Shown here in pieces: positions 26,023 to 38,661 of a DNA stretch of 64,000 nt; the first letter of the stretch is position 1; each line of letters opens with the position of its first letter. This stretch comes from Squalus acanthias (taxonomy: Eukaryota), in contig CM059438.1 of NCBI GenBank assembly GCA_030390025.1, positions 64,668,001-64,732,000 of the forward strand. Direction: 5' to 3'. A model generated the notes under the pieces. That model searched no databases, was not told where the DNA came from, and saw only the letters and a list, made by a program, of their open reading frames with translations. A program made the position numbers and the translations under genes.

Positions 26023-26890
26023 TATGTGTTTTACATCCAGTACTGGATGAGCAGAAATTTCCTCCAAATAAATATAGGGAAGACAGAAGCAATTGTTTTC
26101 GATCCCAGTCACAAACTTTGTTCCCTAGCCACCGACTCAATCCCTCTCCCTGGCATCTGTCTGAGGCTCAACCAGACTGTTCGCAACCTTGGTGTCATAT
26201 TTGACCCCGAGATGAGCTTCCGACCACGTATCTGTGCCATCACTAAAACCGCCTGTTTCCACCTCCCACGTAACATTGCCCAACTCCGCCCCTGCCTCAG
26301 CTCATCTGCTGCTGAAACTCTCATCCATGCCTTTGTTATCTCTAAACTTGACTGTTCCAACGTACTTCTGGCCGGCCTCCCATCTTCTATCCTCCATAAA
26401 CTTGAGGTCATCCAAAACTCAGCTGCCCGTGTCCTAACTCGCAGCAAGTCCCATTCACCCATCACCCCTGTGCTTGCTGACCTACATTGGCTCCCGGTTA
26501 AGTAGCCGCTCGTTTTTAAAATTCTCGTCCTTGTTTTCAAATCCCTCCAGTGCCCCTCCCTATCTCTGTAATCTCCCCCAGCCCTACAATCCTCCGATAT
26601 ATCTGCACTGTTCCAATTCTGGACTTCCTTCACTCCACCATTGGCGGCCGTGCCTTCAGCTGCCGAGACTCTCAGCTGTGGAATCCCCTCCCTAAACCTC
26701 TCCGCCTCTCTTCCCTTCTTTAAGACACTCCTTAAAAGCTATCTCTAAGACCAAGCTTTTAGTCATCTGCCCTAAAATCTCCTTATGTGGCTCGGTGTCA
26801 AATTTTATTTGATAATACTCCTTTGAAGTGTCTTGGGACGTTTTCTTAGATTAAAGGCTTTATATAAATATAAGTTATTGTTACTGTTGT
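26023..26890 (+). mobile_element. L2 LINE 3' part (rest of the right arm), with intact 3' tail
   Basis: ORF 26026-26505 is nearly identical to the C-terminal part of ORF 15985-16590. Confidence 0.9.
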
Positions 26891-27583
26891 CAATAGACTT
26901 GATAGAAATGATAAGATGAATTTTGATCTTTCATAAAATAACGCACTAAAGTCAATTATTTCATGTACAGTAGCGGTAACTTTAAGTGCATCAGTAATTA
27001 TTATATCAATCCAATTCAACATGTGCAAAAATAAGACAGAATCCCCTACTAGAAAATGAGACGTGAAGATTTTAGTTCAGAGTCAGATGGACTACCTACT
27101 CTGCCACCCAATGTATGTCTTTAGCCCTGATTTTAACCCCCATGCCTGGCAAGAACGGGGCTTGTTGGGGTTAAAACAGCAGCAACGTGCAACTCACTGG
27201 CTTTCCATCGATCTCAATTTGCTCGCCATTTTAACAGGCGCACTTTGGATAGCATGGGCGGCCTTTGCCCCAGGCAGGTGTGGGCCTCATTGAAACGCAA
27301 ATGAAGTAATTTATACCCCAACACCATTTTCACATTGTGTCACGTGCTTGTCACTGTATCCTAAGCCCACCAGCAAAACCTCGCTCCAAGTAGCAGTGGC
27401 GCCATATCACTTGAATGAGCGAAGGAGGAGAGCACAGTCTATGAATGAAAGAATGACATGGCGATGTGATCCATTCGAAAGAAAATGGACAATTTATTCC
27501 ATTACTGACATGCCTGACAGAAATTTATCACCATGGATGGATTCTTCAATTAGTCAGGAAAACAAGCCATTCCTAACAGGAAT

Positions 27584-28247
27584 AACAGAAAATGCTGGAA
27601 ACACTCAGCAGGCCAGGCAGCATCCGTGGAGAGAGAAACAGAGTTAACGTTTCAGGTCTGTGACCCTTCGTCAGAACTGGAAAAGTTAGAGATGTAGCAG
27701 GTTTTAAGCAGGTGCAGAGGCAGGGGAAGTGGGGAGGGGAAGAAAGAATAAAAGGAACGATGTGCTCGGGTGGAAGGCAGGAGAGATTAAATGTTGCAAA
27801 TGGGAATGGCAGAATCATCAACAGCTGCCATGTGAAAAAATAGGGGCAGAGGTTATAGTCTGAAATTGTTGAACTCAATGTTGAGACCAGAAGGCTGTAA
27901 AGTGCCTAATCAAAAGATGAGGTGCTGTTCCTCGAGCTTACGCTGAGCTTCATTGGAACAGTGTAAAAGGCTGAGGACAGAGAGGTCAGAGTGGGAGTGG
28001 AGCGGAGAATTAAAGTGACAAGCGACCGGAGCTCGGGGTCCCCCTTACGGACTGAACGGAGGTGTTCCGCAAAGCGGTCACCCAATCTGCGTTTGGTCTC
28101 CCCAATGTAGAGGAGACCGCATCGTGAGCAGCGAATACAGTATACTAAATTGCAAGAAGTACAAGTAAATCGCTGTTTCACCTGGAAGGGGTGTTTGGAG
28201 CTCTGAACGGTGGGAAGGGAGGAGGTACAAGGGCAGGTGTTGCATCC
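27584..28247 (-). mobile_element. 5'-truncated Penelope-like retroelement (GIY-YIG endonuclease plus pseudo-LTR)
   Basis: NLVYCIRCSRCGLLYIGETKRRLGDRFAEH. 12-bp TSD cctaacaggaat at 27572-27583 and 28248-28259. Confidence 0.9.
27642..27678 (-). ncRNA. Minimal type I hammerhead ribozyme motif in the Penelope pseudo-LTR
   Basis: Minus strand reads AGTT-CTGACGA-aGGGTC-aca-GACCT-GAAA-CGTT-AACT: stem I AGTT/AACT, both core boxes, stem II, and palindromic ACGT in place of helix III. Confidence 0.7.
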
Positions 28248-29285
28248 CCTAACAGGAATTCTTTAGATTCAAATTATTATTAAGGAGCTGCCATTTTATA
28301 ATGTATTCCAGTTACTTTTTGACTAATTATGGCAAAAATAGAAATCTATCGAGCCATATATATTGGGTTGAATTTTTTTTTGCTTTCAACAAAGTTTTGG
28401 ATGAAATAGATTTTTGAAAGTGACATTTCTTTGGCTGGTTAATGGACTATTGACGTTTCAATCAATATATGAAGCTTTAAAAGGGAGCCTTCTGCTGAAT
28501 GAGTGAAAAAACATCAGGATCGTTAAAGAAATGAGACAAAAAGCAAATGCACAAATGCTAAAAATCTTAATTGGAAATACATTTTGAAAACATCTGCAAC
28601 AGATTGATAACTTCCATGATATTTTGCCTCTGTTATACATATTTAAACATGAGATTTGATTCACTCAGTTACTATTCCCAAGAGCTAGATCAACGATTGC
28701 TTTACCGATACTGTCTAAGCTTTCTAAAGACAAAACTTGAGGATATTAATTAATTGGAAAAGCGTTTTATAATCAACTCAATTCACATGAGTAATTTTTT
28801 AACCTAATTAACATAATTCAATCATGCGATCCCTAATCCTCATAGCAGTGAAGTTCTGTGAAGGGGAGTATAAACCTGACTTATTAACAGGAATGTGATG
28901 ATATGGAGGCTTGTGCCACTATAGGGTAGATGCTCCTGTTTACCGCCTGGGTATAAACCATCGCTGTTTCCTGGTGTTTGCACAAAACAGGCTGCCTGGA
29001 ATCACGTACAGTCAAGCTGGTAGCAATATTAAAAAGAGGAGAAATCAGGGCTTTAACGTCTGGGCGAGTGTAGTCCATTATAAGGGGTCCGATCTCACTT
29101 CACCAGCAGTTATCGGCTGCGGTCAAGACCATGTGGTACAAAGTGGTGGAGGGGGCAGGGAATTCAGGTTGCAAAGTCATGAGTTGGGCTATCACCAGAA
29201 TAAGAGACACTGCATGAAGACCATGAAACACGTGTTGATTAACATTAACTAACTGTGTGCCCCATCAGGTTGGCTGAAACTTTAA

Positions 29286-30177
29286 GGGGTAGAAATTAGG
29301 TCGCGCCCCATTTGGGGCGCAAATATCGTCCGGACGCAAATATTAGCGCCTGGCGCTAATTATCGGCACTGACAGGAAACTTCACTTTTACCGCCCCGGG
29401 AGGTGAGTGGAGCGCTAAAGCAGGCGCTGCACACCTCTCTTAAGGCGCAAAGGGCGAGCAGTGAGGCGCTAACTCGGAGCGCTGGCGAAGCTCATGTAAT
29501 GTCAGTCAGCAATGGAACACACACACAATGGCACGGGCCAGTTCTTAAAGGGGATGGTTAATATTGCTTTCCATCCACATCCTGTTCATTGCAGCCTTGA
29601 ATCTCGGCCTGGAGAGACTTGCACATCAAATGTGCTGGAAAGTACAATGGAGAGTACCAGGCAAAGAGCTCAGAGTGCAGCTCCCACAGTCTCTGCTAAA
29701 TCGATACAAGGAATGGCAAATCAAAATGAACCTGCAAAGTGCTGCTCAGTACCCAAAACTCCTTCACACAACGTTGAATCTCTCCAGAAGTCTCTCCCTC
29801 TCTCTCTCAGAATGCGTAGTTCAAAAATGCCACCAACAATAAAAGACAGGAAGAGGCCCCCTTTAAATAGCGCCCCCCCAGCCCCACAGCGATTGATAGC
29901 GTTCCAGTCTTATGGTCGTTGGAAGCGCCAGGCGGTAAGGCAGGGGGCGCCACTCAATTTCTGCTACGGGGCGCCACAAGGGCGTTGCACCATGGAATGA
30001 CGTCACAATCTGCGCGCGCAGGTGGTCGCAGCGGTAAGTTTTAGCGCCGCCGCACAATCTCAAGTTAAGTTCTCGAGCGGCGCAAACATCGCTGCGCCCG
30101 GGCGTTAGCGGCTTTGCGCCCCATTAGCGCCCTCTTAAGGCGCTAACGGGAGGCGCAACCAAGTGAATTTTTACCCT
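29286..30177 (+). mobile_element. Harbinger-type MITE family A, copy 1 (~890 bp)
   Basis: TIRs GGGGTAGAAATT / AATTTTTACCC with TAA-like flanks. Near-identical reverse copies at 40135 and 62766. Confidence 0.93.
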
Positions 30178-30454
30178 AAAGGATTTGTTCTGGCAGGTTA
30201 ACACTGATACATTTGCTGAGAGAAATTCTGTTGCTGTCTGAGGGGAATATTAAAATTTCATAGAGAAATCTGAAAAGCGAATGGATCATCTCTTCTCTAC
30301 CAGAAATCTCTTTACAGCCGATGAGCTGTAGGACTGTAGGATATTAGTTTGGTCACTTATGGGATTCTTTGAATGGCTATATATTCTGTTTAGAGTTTTG
30401 GAAAGCATTTATCCTACTAAGATCTACCATCCCCCCCCATTATTCCACCCTCAC

Positions 30455-33400
30455 AGGAATGTGGAACGATGGCTTGCTGGGGGAACAAGGGAAACCCCCT
30501 ACACATGTGGCTCATGACACCTCTCCAACACCCCACCATGCCTGAGCAGCATGGCTAGAATCAAGTCCAGGGGACCACCTTGATCATTATTGAGCACACC
30601 GTGGGGATGCTCAAGCAGAGGTTCGGGAGCCTTGACGGGTCTGGCTGCTTCCCACAAATAGCCTCCTGCCTTGTCCTGGTGTGCTACGTACTGCACCAAC
30701 TCGCATTGCAGGGAGGCCTCCATTTGCAGGAGGCACAGCAGCAGTCCTCATTGGGCGAGGACGATCAGGGGGGAAGGCGAGGAAGCAGCAGAAGTTGGAG
30801 GGCCACCTCAGCACCTTGCGAAAGATCCGCTAATTGCTCAACGATTCCGTGGACCTGCCCTCTAAACCTACGCAGAGCCCCTCTGCGTTAACAGTCCTTG
30901 TTAAAATCTTCACCGATCCCTTAATCCCGCATTCGAAGAAAATTCAAACTATTCAGATAACTTCTATATCAGTGACACACTTTAACCATGCAAAGGCAGC
31001 AGCTGCTATTAAAGCACACTGCAGGTCAAGGTGCCAAAAGAGATGGCGATACATTTAATTCCCATCAGAAAAGTTGACTTCCATTCTTTTCTCACCCAAG
31101 TGTCAACCCACAGTGCTTTTCTTATCAGAAGGTTTCTGAACTGTACGACTAGTGGACTGAGCAGAGCGGCTGGAGGGCTGCTGTTGCTCACATTGGAAAT
31201 CCTTGAGATGCTTGTGGCCGTTGACGTCTGGGTGTTGGAGAATGTGAGGGTCCCAGATGCAGACTGCTTGCCGGGACAGTCTGGCCCAGCTGACTTGCGG
31301 GCACTGACATGAATCTTGTCATTCATGTATGAAGTAATACTGGGCGGACTGCTGGTGGCGCTGTCCAGGGAGAGTATAAATACTCGGGCATGGGCCCAGC
31401 TTGCTTAGGACAATCTCAACAGGAACTAGGGTAAGGACACAACTAGATCTCCATGTTGAAAAACAGTTGATTAAAGCTTTGTTTAACGCTTAGACCAAGT
31501 GCCGAGTAGTTTTCTTACGTCAAGCACCATGGCGGGTATTGGTTGAGGGCATGGTGAAGCAGCTGATGTCCTGAAGAGGCCAACACGTATCGCTCCCGCC
31601 GTGGCCACTTCCGTGGGGCAGGGGCTCATCATGTCTACGGATCTGCAGGAGAACAGACTCATCTGGTCTGATGCTGATGGCTCCTGATCACCAGGGCTTC
31701 CTGCTGGGCCCGGGCCAAGGCGATTATGTTTGCAACTCATGCTCCTCTCCTTTGTAATGTGGGCGGTTTTGTCCTGCAGAAAGAGAGGGTGAAAGTTATT
31801 GAGTGGCTGTTGAATAGTTCAGTGGAGTTGTGTGGCTTTGTGCATATAGTGCATGCGTTGAGAGGTGGAGAAGAAGCAAGGATGGATGAGGATGAGGAAG
31901 TGTGTGCAACGTGAAGTGAGGAAGGAGTGTTGGGAGGTGTTGGGGATTGTGCAAGAAGTTGTATGGGAGAAGAGAATGATATTTGTGATGTGAGGAGAGC
32001 AAAGGAAGAAGTGACTTGGATGAAGGGACACGAGTGTAATGTAGCCAAGTTTGCGGATGATACAAAGATGGGTGGGAAAGCAAGTTGTGCAGAGGACACA
32101 AAGAATCTGCAAAGGGATATAGACAGACTAAGTGAGTGGGCAAACATTTGGCAGATGGAGTATAATGTGGGAAAGTGTGAGATATTCCACTTTGGCAGGA
32201 AAAATAAAAAAGCAAATTAGTATTTAAATGGAGAGAGATTACAAAATGCTACAGTTCAGAGGGACCTGGGGATCCTTGTGCATGAAACACAAAAAGTTAG
32301 CATGCAGGTGCAGCAAGTAATCACAAAGGCAAATGGAATGTTGGCCTTTATTTCAAGGGGGTTGGAGTATAAAAGCAGGGAAGTCCTGCTACAACTGTAC
32401 AGGGTATTGGTGAGACCACACCTTGAGTACTGCGTACAGTTTTGGTCTTCTTATTTAAGGAAGGATATACTTGCATTGGAGGCAGTTCAGAGACGATTCA
32501 CTAGGTTAATTCCAGAGATGAGGGGGTTGACTTGTGAAGAAAGATTGAACAGGTTGGGCCTATACTCGTTGGAATTTAGAAGAATGAGAGGTGATCTTAT
32601 TGAAACATATAAGATACTGAGGGGGCTCGACAAGGTAGATGCAGAGAGGATGTTTCCCCTCGTGGGGAAATCTAGAACTCGGGGGCATAGTTTCAGAATA
32701 AAGGGTCGCCCTTTTAGAACTGAGATGAGGAGGAATTTCTTCTCTCAGAGGGTCATAAATCTGTGGAATTCTCTGCCCCAGAGAGCTGTGGAGGCTGGGT
32801 CATTAAATACATTTAAGGTGGAGATAGACAGATTTTTACAAGATAAGGCAGTGAAGAGTTATGGGGAGCGGGCTGGGAAGTGGCTTTGAGGCCAAGATCA
32901 GCCATGATCTTATTGAATGGCGGAGCAGGCTCGATGGGCCAAGTGGCCTATTCCTGCTCCTATTTCTTCTGTTCTTATGTTCTTATGTGAGTGTGCTTGT
33001 AATGAGAGAGGTGTTGCAGTGTGCCCTTGTATGCTTAAAGATGTGATGGAGGGGAGGGAATTGTTGAGAGTGAAGGGATTGAATAGAGTCTTGTGAGATG
33101 CTGCTATAAACACTGCAGAGATGAAGATGTGTGCTCAGCCTTTCTGTTCTCATTAGCTCATCGAACTTCTCTCGGCATTAAACCCACGTCCTGGAGGTGA
33201 TGATGGTGGCACTCACCATGTCCACATCCTCTGTCCACGCCGGAACCTGCAGATGCTGTCTCCCTCTCTCTCTTTATCTTTGAAACATTTGATCACTGAG
33301 GATACACAAGAAATTGAACACCTATAGGCGTGGGCAGGGATTTAAGTCTCACTTTTTAAAAGGTGCATCGCCGCTCTAACTAACGGCGTGCGAGAGTGTT

Positions 33401-33480
33401 GATTCACACCGGGATCAGGAGGTCAGTCCGCCATTTGTGTTAAAGTGAGCAGGGCCGCATGCGAGCTTCTCTCCCCAGGT
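30455..33480. mobile_element. Old degraded Harbinger: transposase 3' part on + (~30460-30850), Myb gene remnants on -, split by a CR1
   Basis: GLLGEQGKP..WLMTPL and IIEHTVGMLKQRFGSLD resemble HARBI1 motifs. Minus-strand acceptor TTTCTGCAG near 31776. Ends not resolved. Confidence 0.6.
32013..32987 (+). mobile_element. 5'-truncated CR1 LINE
   Basis: KFADDTKMGG; ORF 32278-32889; (TTCTTATG)n tail. Confidence 0.92.
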
Positions 33481-34264
33481 TGTAATCAAGGCTGTTGATG
33501 TCTGACTTTATTCAGTCCTTCAGCTGTCAGTGTTGCAAAAAGATGAGGCAAATTATTCAAGCTTAGTTTTTTTGCTTTGCGGAGATTGGGCTGAATATTG
33601 GCCACTATAATCGGAATGTGAAATTCAGTAGTCTGTCTGAGGTAAACTAATTGATTCGGGTACATAACCTAATGCTATCAAACCTCTGCTCCACAATCTA
33701 TGCTAAACATATTCATTTCTGCCTCCACAATATTTGTTCCCCATCAACATAAAATCCATTCTCTGTGAAAACTGAGAGTTTATGGTGTGAGACTAGAAAC
33801 TTTTTACGTGGTGAGTTATGTCCTTTTATTACATAATTAGTTTACTGAATAACTGTTCAAAAAAAATCGAAAAAATATCTGGTGTAGTATTTGCTATTAA
33901 GATCAATTGTCAATAAACTAGAAAAGACTTCAGAACTTTATAACATATGGGGGAGAGTTTCTGCTTTGGGGGCAATCGGCGATCCGAGCGCAAATTGCTG
34001 CCAAAATTGCGCTAGTTTTGAGAAGTGTTTTTTTCTCTCCAGTTTCCGCTCAAACTCACGTGCATATCGCCAAATGTAAAATCTGCCCTGAACCAGCACA
34101 ATCGTGCAGCGTTTTAGAATGTAATTCTTTTTAATTTTCGCATTAAAGAATATTCCTTGATATATTTAACTTGGTGGCGTTTTATTAATCCAGCTGAAAA
34201 TGGGTTTATCACAAAAAAAGAAACATTTTAATCAGAGGCCCCCATGTTTACTCAGTGACGCATT

Positions 34265-37200
34265 GGTAACGAGGGGGGTCCGATGTGGTTTGGGAAACCT
34301 GGAAGTAAGTTCAGTGTGTCTGTCTGTGGCTTTTTAACGCAGCCACCTCATTCTCATTTTACTTCCATGTTTGGCGTTGATTGCGCTGCAGCGAGTGTGA
34401 TGAGGACCCGCATGGTCAACTCCAGTATTCAAAGGGCCAATCCAAAGATGGAATTGGCAGGAGCTTTGGAGTTGGAAGCAACAGAGGAAGAAAGCTCAGG
34501 ACGATCAAAGGCTGCTCCCGCTTTAATAACGCCTCATTGACGTGCTGCTGGGGCCTGTGGGGAGCCGGAGAGAGATACTCTTCCCCAGCAATGGGAGGAA
34601 GAAACCTGCTGCTGACACCAAGAAGGTGTGGCTAGAGATGGCCCAGGAAATCAGCAGCAGGAGCGTAGTGCCACGCTTATGGATTCAGTGCAGGAAGCGC
34701 TTTAATGACCTAACCAGATCAGGAAAGGTGAGTACAGTTGCACGTTCACCTACACCCTGCTGTGCACATCACCCTACTCCCTCACTCTGCCTTGTCAAGC
34801 TGACACATTACGCCTCACACCCACTTAACCTTGCAAGCGCACTCATCCTTCTCTTTCTATGCACTTCCTCACATCCCCATCTATCCACTCACTACTGCCA
34901 CTCTCCCTCATCCTTATGCAATTTGATGCCTCTCTCCGATAGTCACCCTCACAAAATGCACTCCATCCATCGGGTGATCACATGCCATTACGCTCGCTCA
35001 TAGGTCTGCTCTTTTCTCTTTGTAGGAGAAGAGAGTACAGAATACGAGGGAGAGGAAGGGAACCGGAGGTGGGCCTCCACAGATCTCAGAGCTCACAACT
35101 GCAGAGGAGGAGTTGCTGGAGATCAGTGGCGTTTTGCCGTCCCTGGCCATCGGAGATGGGAACCTCCCAGCTACCCGGTGACACAATTAAATATCAGCGG
35201 CCCACATGTCATACGGCACTCAGTCATGTTGCCTTGATTTTAGCAGCGAGTGAAATATGATCATCTTCATAACGATAAGTTGCAACATTCTTACCCTGCC
35301 AGTACTAATTCATGTCTTTTATCTCTGTCAGGGCCTTCATGCATGCAGCAGATGTCAGTAGACGTGGCGGGCGAAAAATCCTCAGAGGAGCTGATTCCTT
35401 CTGAAGGTGGATCGTCACAGGACTCACGCTTTCCATGCACCAGCTCAGATACTCGCACTCGGTGCGACCAGTAAGGCAGACAGTCAGGTTTTCACCTGAT
35501 GACTCACAATTCACAAGTGAGCAAGAGCAAATGGTGGTGGTAACGACAGCAGTGTAAAGTTCGCATCAGAGGGCGCCAGCCCTCTCCAAGCTCTGCTCAG
35601 CTGCACACAGATGCTGAACCCTGGGGGCCGTCAATGAAAATGAGAATCATTGAGCAACAGCAGACAATGTGCGGTGTAGTTCCAAGCACACTGACCATGA
35701 TTACAGAGAGAATGGAGAAGTTCGCCTCAAGCATGAGTGTGTTGAAGTCGCAGGGCATTGCGATGATGTGTTCTTCCATGGACAGAGTGGCCAGCTCCGT
35801 GGAACATCAAAAGCGGCAATCACATGAGTCCATGCACGCCTTGACCATGGCTGTGTAGACTCTGGATGCCAATATGTCTGCCGCCTTAAATAGGATGACA
35901 GATACCTTAGCCTTGGCTTTACAGCGCCGCACTGATCTGCACCAAGGTGCTCTCCAGCACTGTGGTAGTAATGAAGTGCGGCTGGGCCAGGAGAGGGATG
36001 ATGGTGAAAGAGGACTTGGAAGTGGAAACTCCACTCAAAGCGCTTCCACTTCTCACCCGTTGCCCCCCTGCCCACTCCCTCCCCCACCCCAGTCAGTACC
36101 TGACATGCTGCCTCATCTCCCAATGGCCGAGTCTGCCCCGACAAAGGTGTAGGTGGAGCAGTTTTTGACTCCATACCCAGAGGGCGTCGGCCAAGAGCAT
36201 CTCAGCAGTCAGCGCAGGGGTCTGAGCAGCCTGCCTCTACCTGTGCTGAAGTCATAGGGGTTGCATCATGTAGGAGCGCTAGGAAAGGGAAGAGTAAAGC
36301 TTTGTTATTGCAGAAGGGTATGCACATGGGTGTATGAGAAATGTTATGTTGTGAAGTTTCGGTTCTCTAGATCAATCACGTTAATTTTATACTTTTGCAC
36401 CACTTTCCCGTCTTGTTCATTCGTGGTTGCTGGGTGGCAAGTTGCCTTTTAATTTGTTTAATGATGAATGGGAAGAACGCGATTTGACGGGGACCAGTGG
36501 GAGGATTTGCAAAGGGTGGTTGGTTGTTTGCAGGACTGCTTTGCGTCAGCATTGGGGGCGTGGTGGGAAGAGTGGCATTGCATATGCTTCTGACATCGGT
36601 TCACTGGTGCACCCTACGTGAAACTTGCATCCCAGGGTATCCTGGCATCACAGGGCAGCAATGTGAGCAGCTGGTGGTACATTGCCCTCATCACCTTCCT
36701 CCACCTCGTCTTCCTCGTCTTCCTCCTCCGAATCATCTCACAGGATCTGAGCTTTGCGCCTTGTTCCTCCTGCAGGTCCAAACCTCGGCAATGTTGTGCA
36801 GAGCGCAGTACACTACGACCATTCTGGAGACCCTGGCTGGTGCGTACTGAAGGGCACCTCTAGATCTGTCCAGGTACCTGAAGCGCATCTTCAGCATGCT
36901 TGTTCGATCACACAACTGGTGATCCTATGGCATTTATTGTAGCGCTGTTGGGATTCATTGGTCGGGTTTCGGATTAGTGTCATCAGCCAAGTTTGAAGTG
37001 GGTATCCCTTGACTCCTACCAGTCGCCCCTTAAGTCTGTTTCTAGGTCCAAAGATGTCAGGGAGCTTTGTCTGCTGCAGAACAAAAGCATCATGGCAGCT
37101 CCCCGGGAATCATGTGCACAGCTGCAGGAATATCTTTTTGTGGCTGCGCACTCGCTGAACATTGATGGAGTGGAAGCCTTTGCAGTATACGAAAACTGAT

Positions 37201-37649
37201 CGTGGGGGGGGGGGGAAGCTTTGGATGGGCGGTAGAGGTCGGATGGTGGGGGGGATGTGGGTGTCTGATTTGGGGGTGGGGGGACTATCCCAGCGAAGCA
37301 GGTAAGCTTGGGAGGCAGGGGCGTAGCACTGCTGCTCCTCCTAGCCCACAAGCAGTGCTGTAAGGGCACTTATCCTTTCCCCAAAGATATCCTCGCCTCC
37401 CTTGAGCTGCCGAGGCCTGGGAAACCCGGCCGGACAGGGTTAAACCTGTTGGGGAAGTTAAATGTGAGGCTCCGAGCCTCATTATAATATTTAAATAGCC
37501 AACCCACCTCCTGGGAGCAGATTGGCTGCCCACCCCCTGTCCTGCCTCCCTTAAACACGGAGGTGGGCAAGTTGGAGGCGGGTAGGGGTTGGGTTTGAGA
37601 TTTCACCCAACACCAATCCACCTATTTTGGGGGGGTTAAAATTCAGCCC
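34265..37649. mobile_element. Internally deleted Harbinger: Myb gene on + (~34446-36290), transposase 3' part on - (~36640-37195), family-C right end
   Basis: REILFPSNGRKK...WLEMAQEI...IQCRKRFNDLTRSGK|gtgagt; MLKMRFRYLDRSRGALQYAP...CALHNIA; right TIR AAAATTCAGCCC. Left boundary uncertain. Confidence 0.7.
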
Positions 37650-37896
37650 ATTATAAAGAATCGGAGCGAAAATCAAAACACGGAACATGTACCTTTGTTA
37701 GATAAAAGCACTCATTGTTGAGCATTTTTATAAATCATTAATTCACTTAACTATTGAATTGAAATGTCAAATACTCTTTGTTGGTTTCTGGAAATTATAC
37801 AGCTTGATTTACTTACTTCAATCCTGTTGAGACCTTGTTTCCTTCTTTTTGTCTTTAAGTCGATTCTCCTAATTCCGTCTACTTCTAAAAGATGGT

Positions 37897-38658
37897 GGCC
37901 CAGAAATTCGGCTCTCCAGCTTGCCGCGGGGGTAAGGATCGCGCGCGCTCTTACCTACCGCGCCTGCCGTTGTGTTTTGGGCCCACAGGAACTTTGGGTC
38001 CTGGGCCTCTCCCAACTGCCGGCGCGCAGTGCTTGCGTGTTCCAGGGGCGCAGTTAGTGCGATGCGTCCCCTGGGATCACGTGGGCCATGGAGAGCCAAT
38101 GGCAGCAGACCATCTTTCATTCATAGATTTGACAGGAGACCTGTCAAATCTGTGAATTGAAATCGGCCCCAAAAGAACAGCTAAACTTAAAATAAATAAA
38201 CAAAAAACATCACATTTATAAAATAACTATAGTTAAATAAATTAACCACTTTAAACAAAAATTTTAATTTTTGAAAAAGTTAAAATACTTTTTAAAAGTT
38301 ATAAAAATAAACTTACCTTTCTTTAAAGTATCTAAAAAAGATAAACCTGTTGAAAAAAATTTAAAATTACACTTAACTAACCACTTACCTTGTTCAAAAC
38401 GAGTCTTGCGCTTCCTTTTCATTAGCGTAGTATCTTCCATACTTACCCTCGCGTAGAAACCTGAAAACATATCTAAGTGTGCTGCGTGCGTGCAGCCTCT
38501 AGCGCGCACGCGGTTCACCTAGGAACCGCCCCCTTCACCATACCGGAAGTTCCGGTTTCCCGCGCATGCGCAGTGCACGCAGGAAACCGGCACTTCGGGA
38601 AGCAATACGGGTGAGTACGGACTGTGTACTCACCTGGGAAGGGCCGAATTTTTGGGCC
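37897..38658. mobile_element. Harbinger-type MITE family D (762 bp, AT-rich core)
   Basis: 16-bp TIRs GGCCCAGAAATTCGGC / GCCGAATTTTTGGGCC; TSD GGT at 37894-37896 and 38659-38661. Confidence 0.9.
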
Positions 38659-38661
38659 GGT

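Noticed and set aside
28884..29252. ORFs in non-repeat-looking DNA
   Set aside because: No homology that I can recognise, and lengths are compatible with chance.
29512..30000. 162-aa ORF in MITE A, also open at 62943-63431
   Set aside because: It is frameshifted in copy 2, runs through promoter and antisense-UTR sequence, and has no recognisable domain. Its persistence is explained by recent copying.
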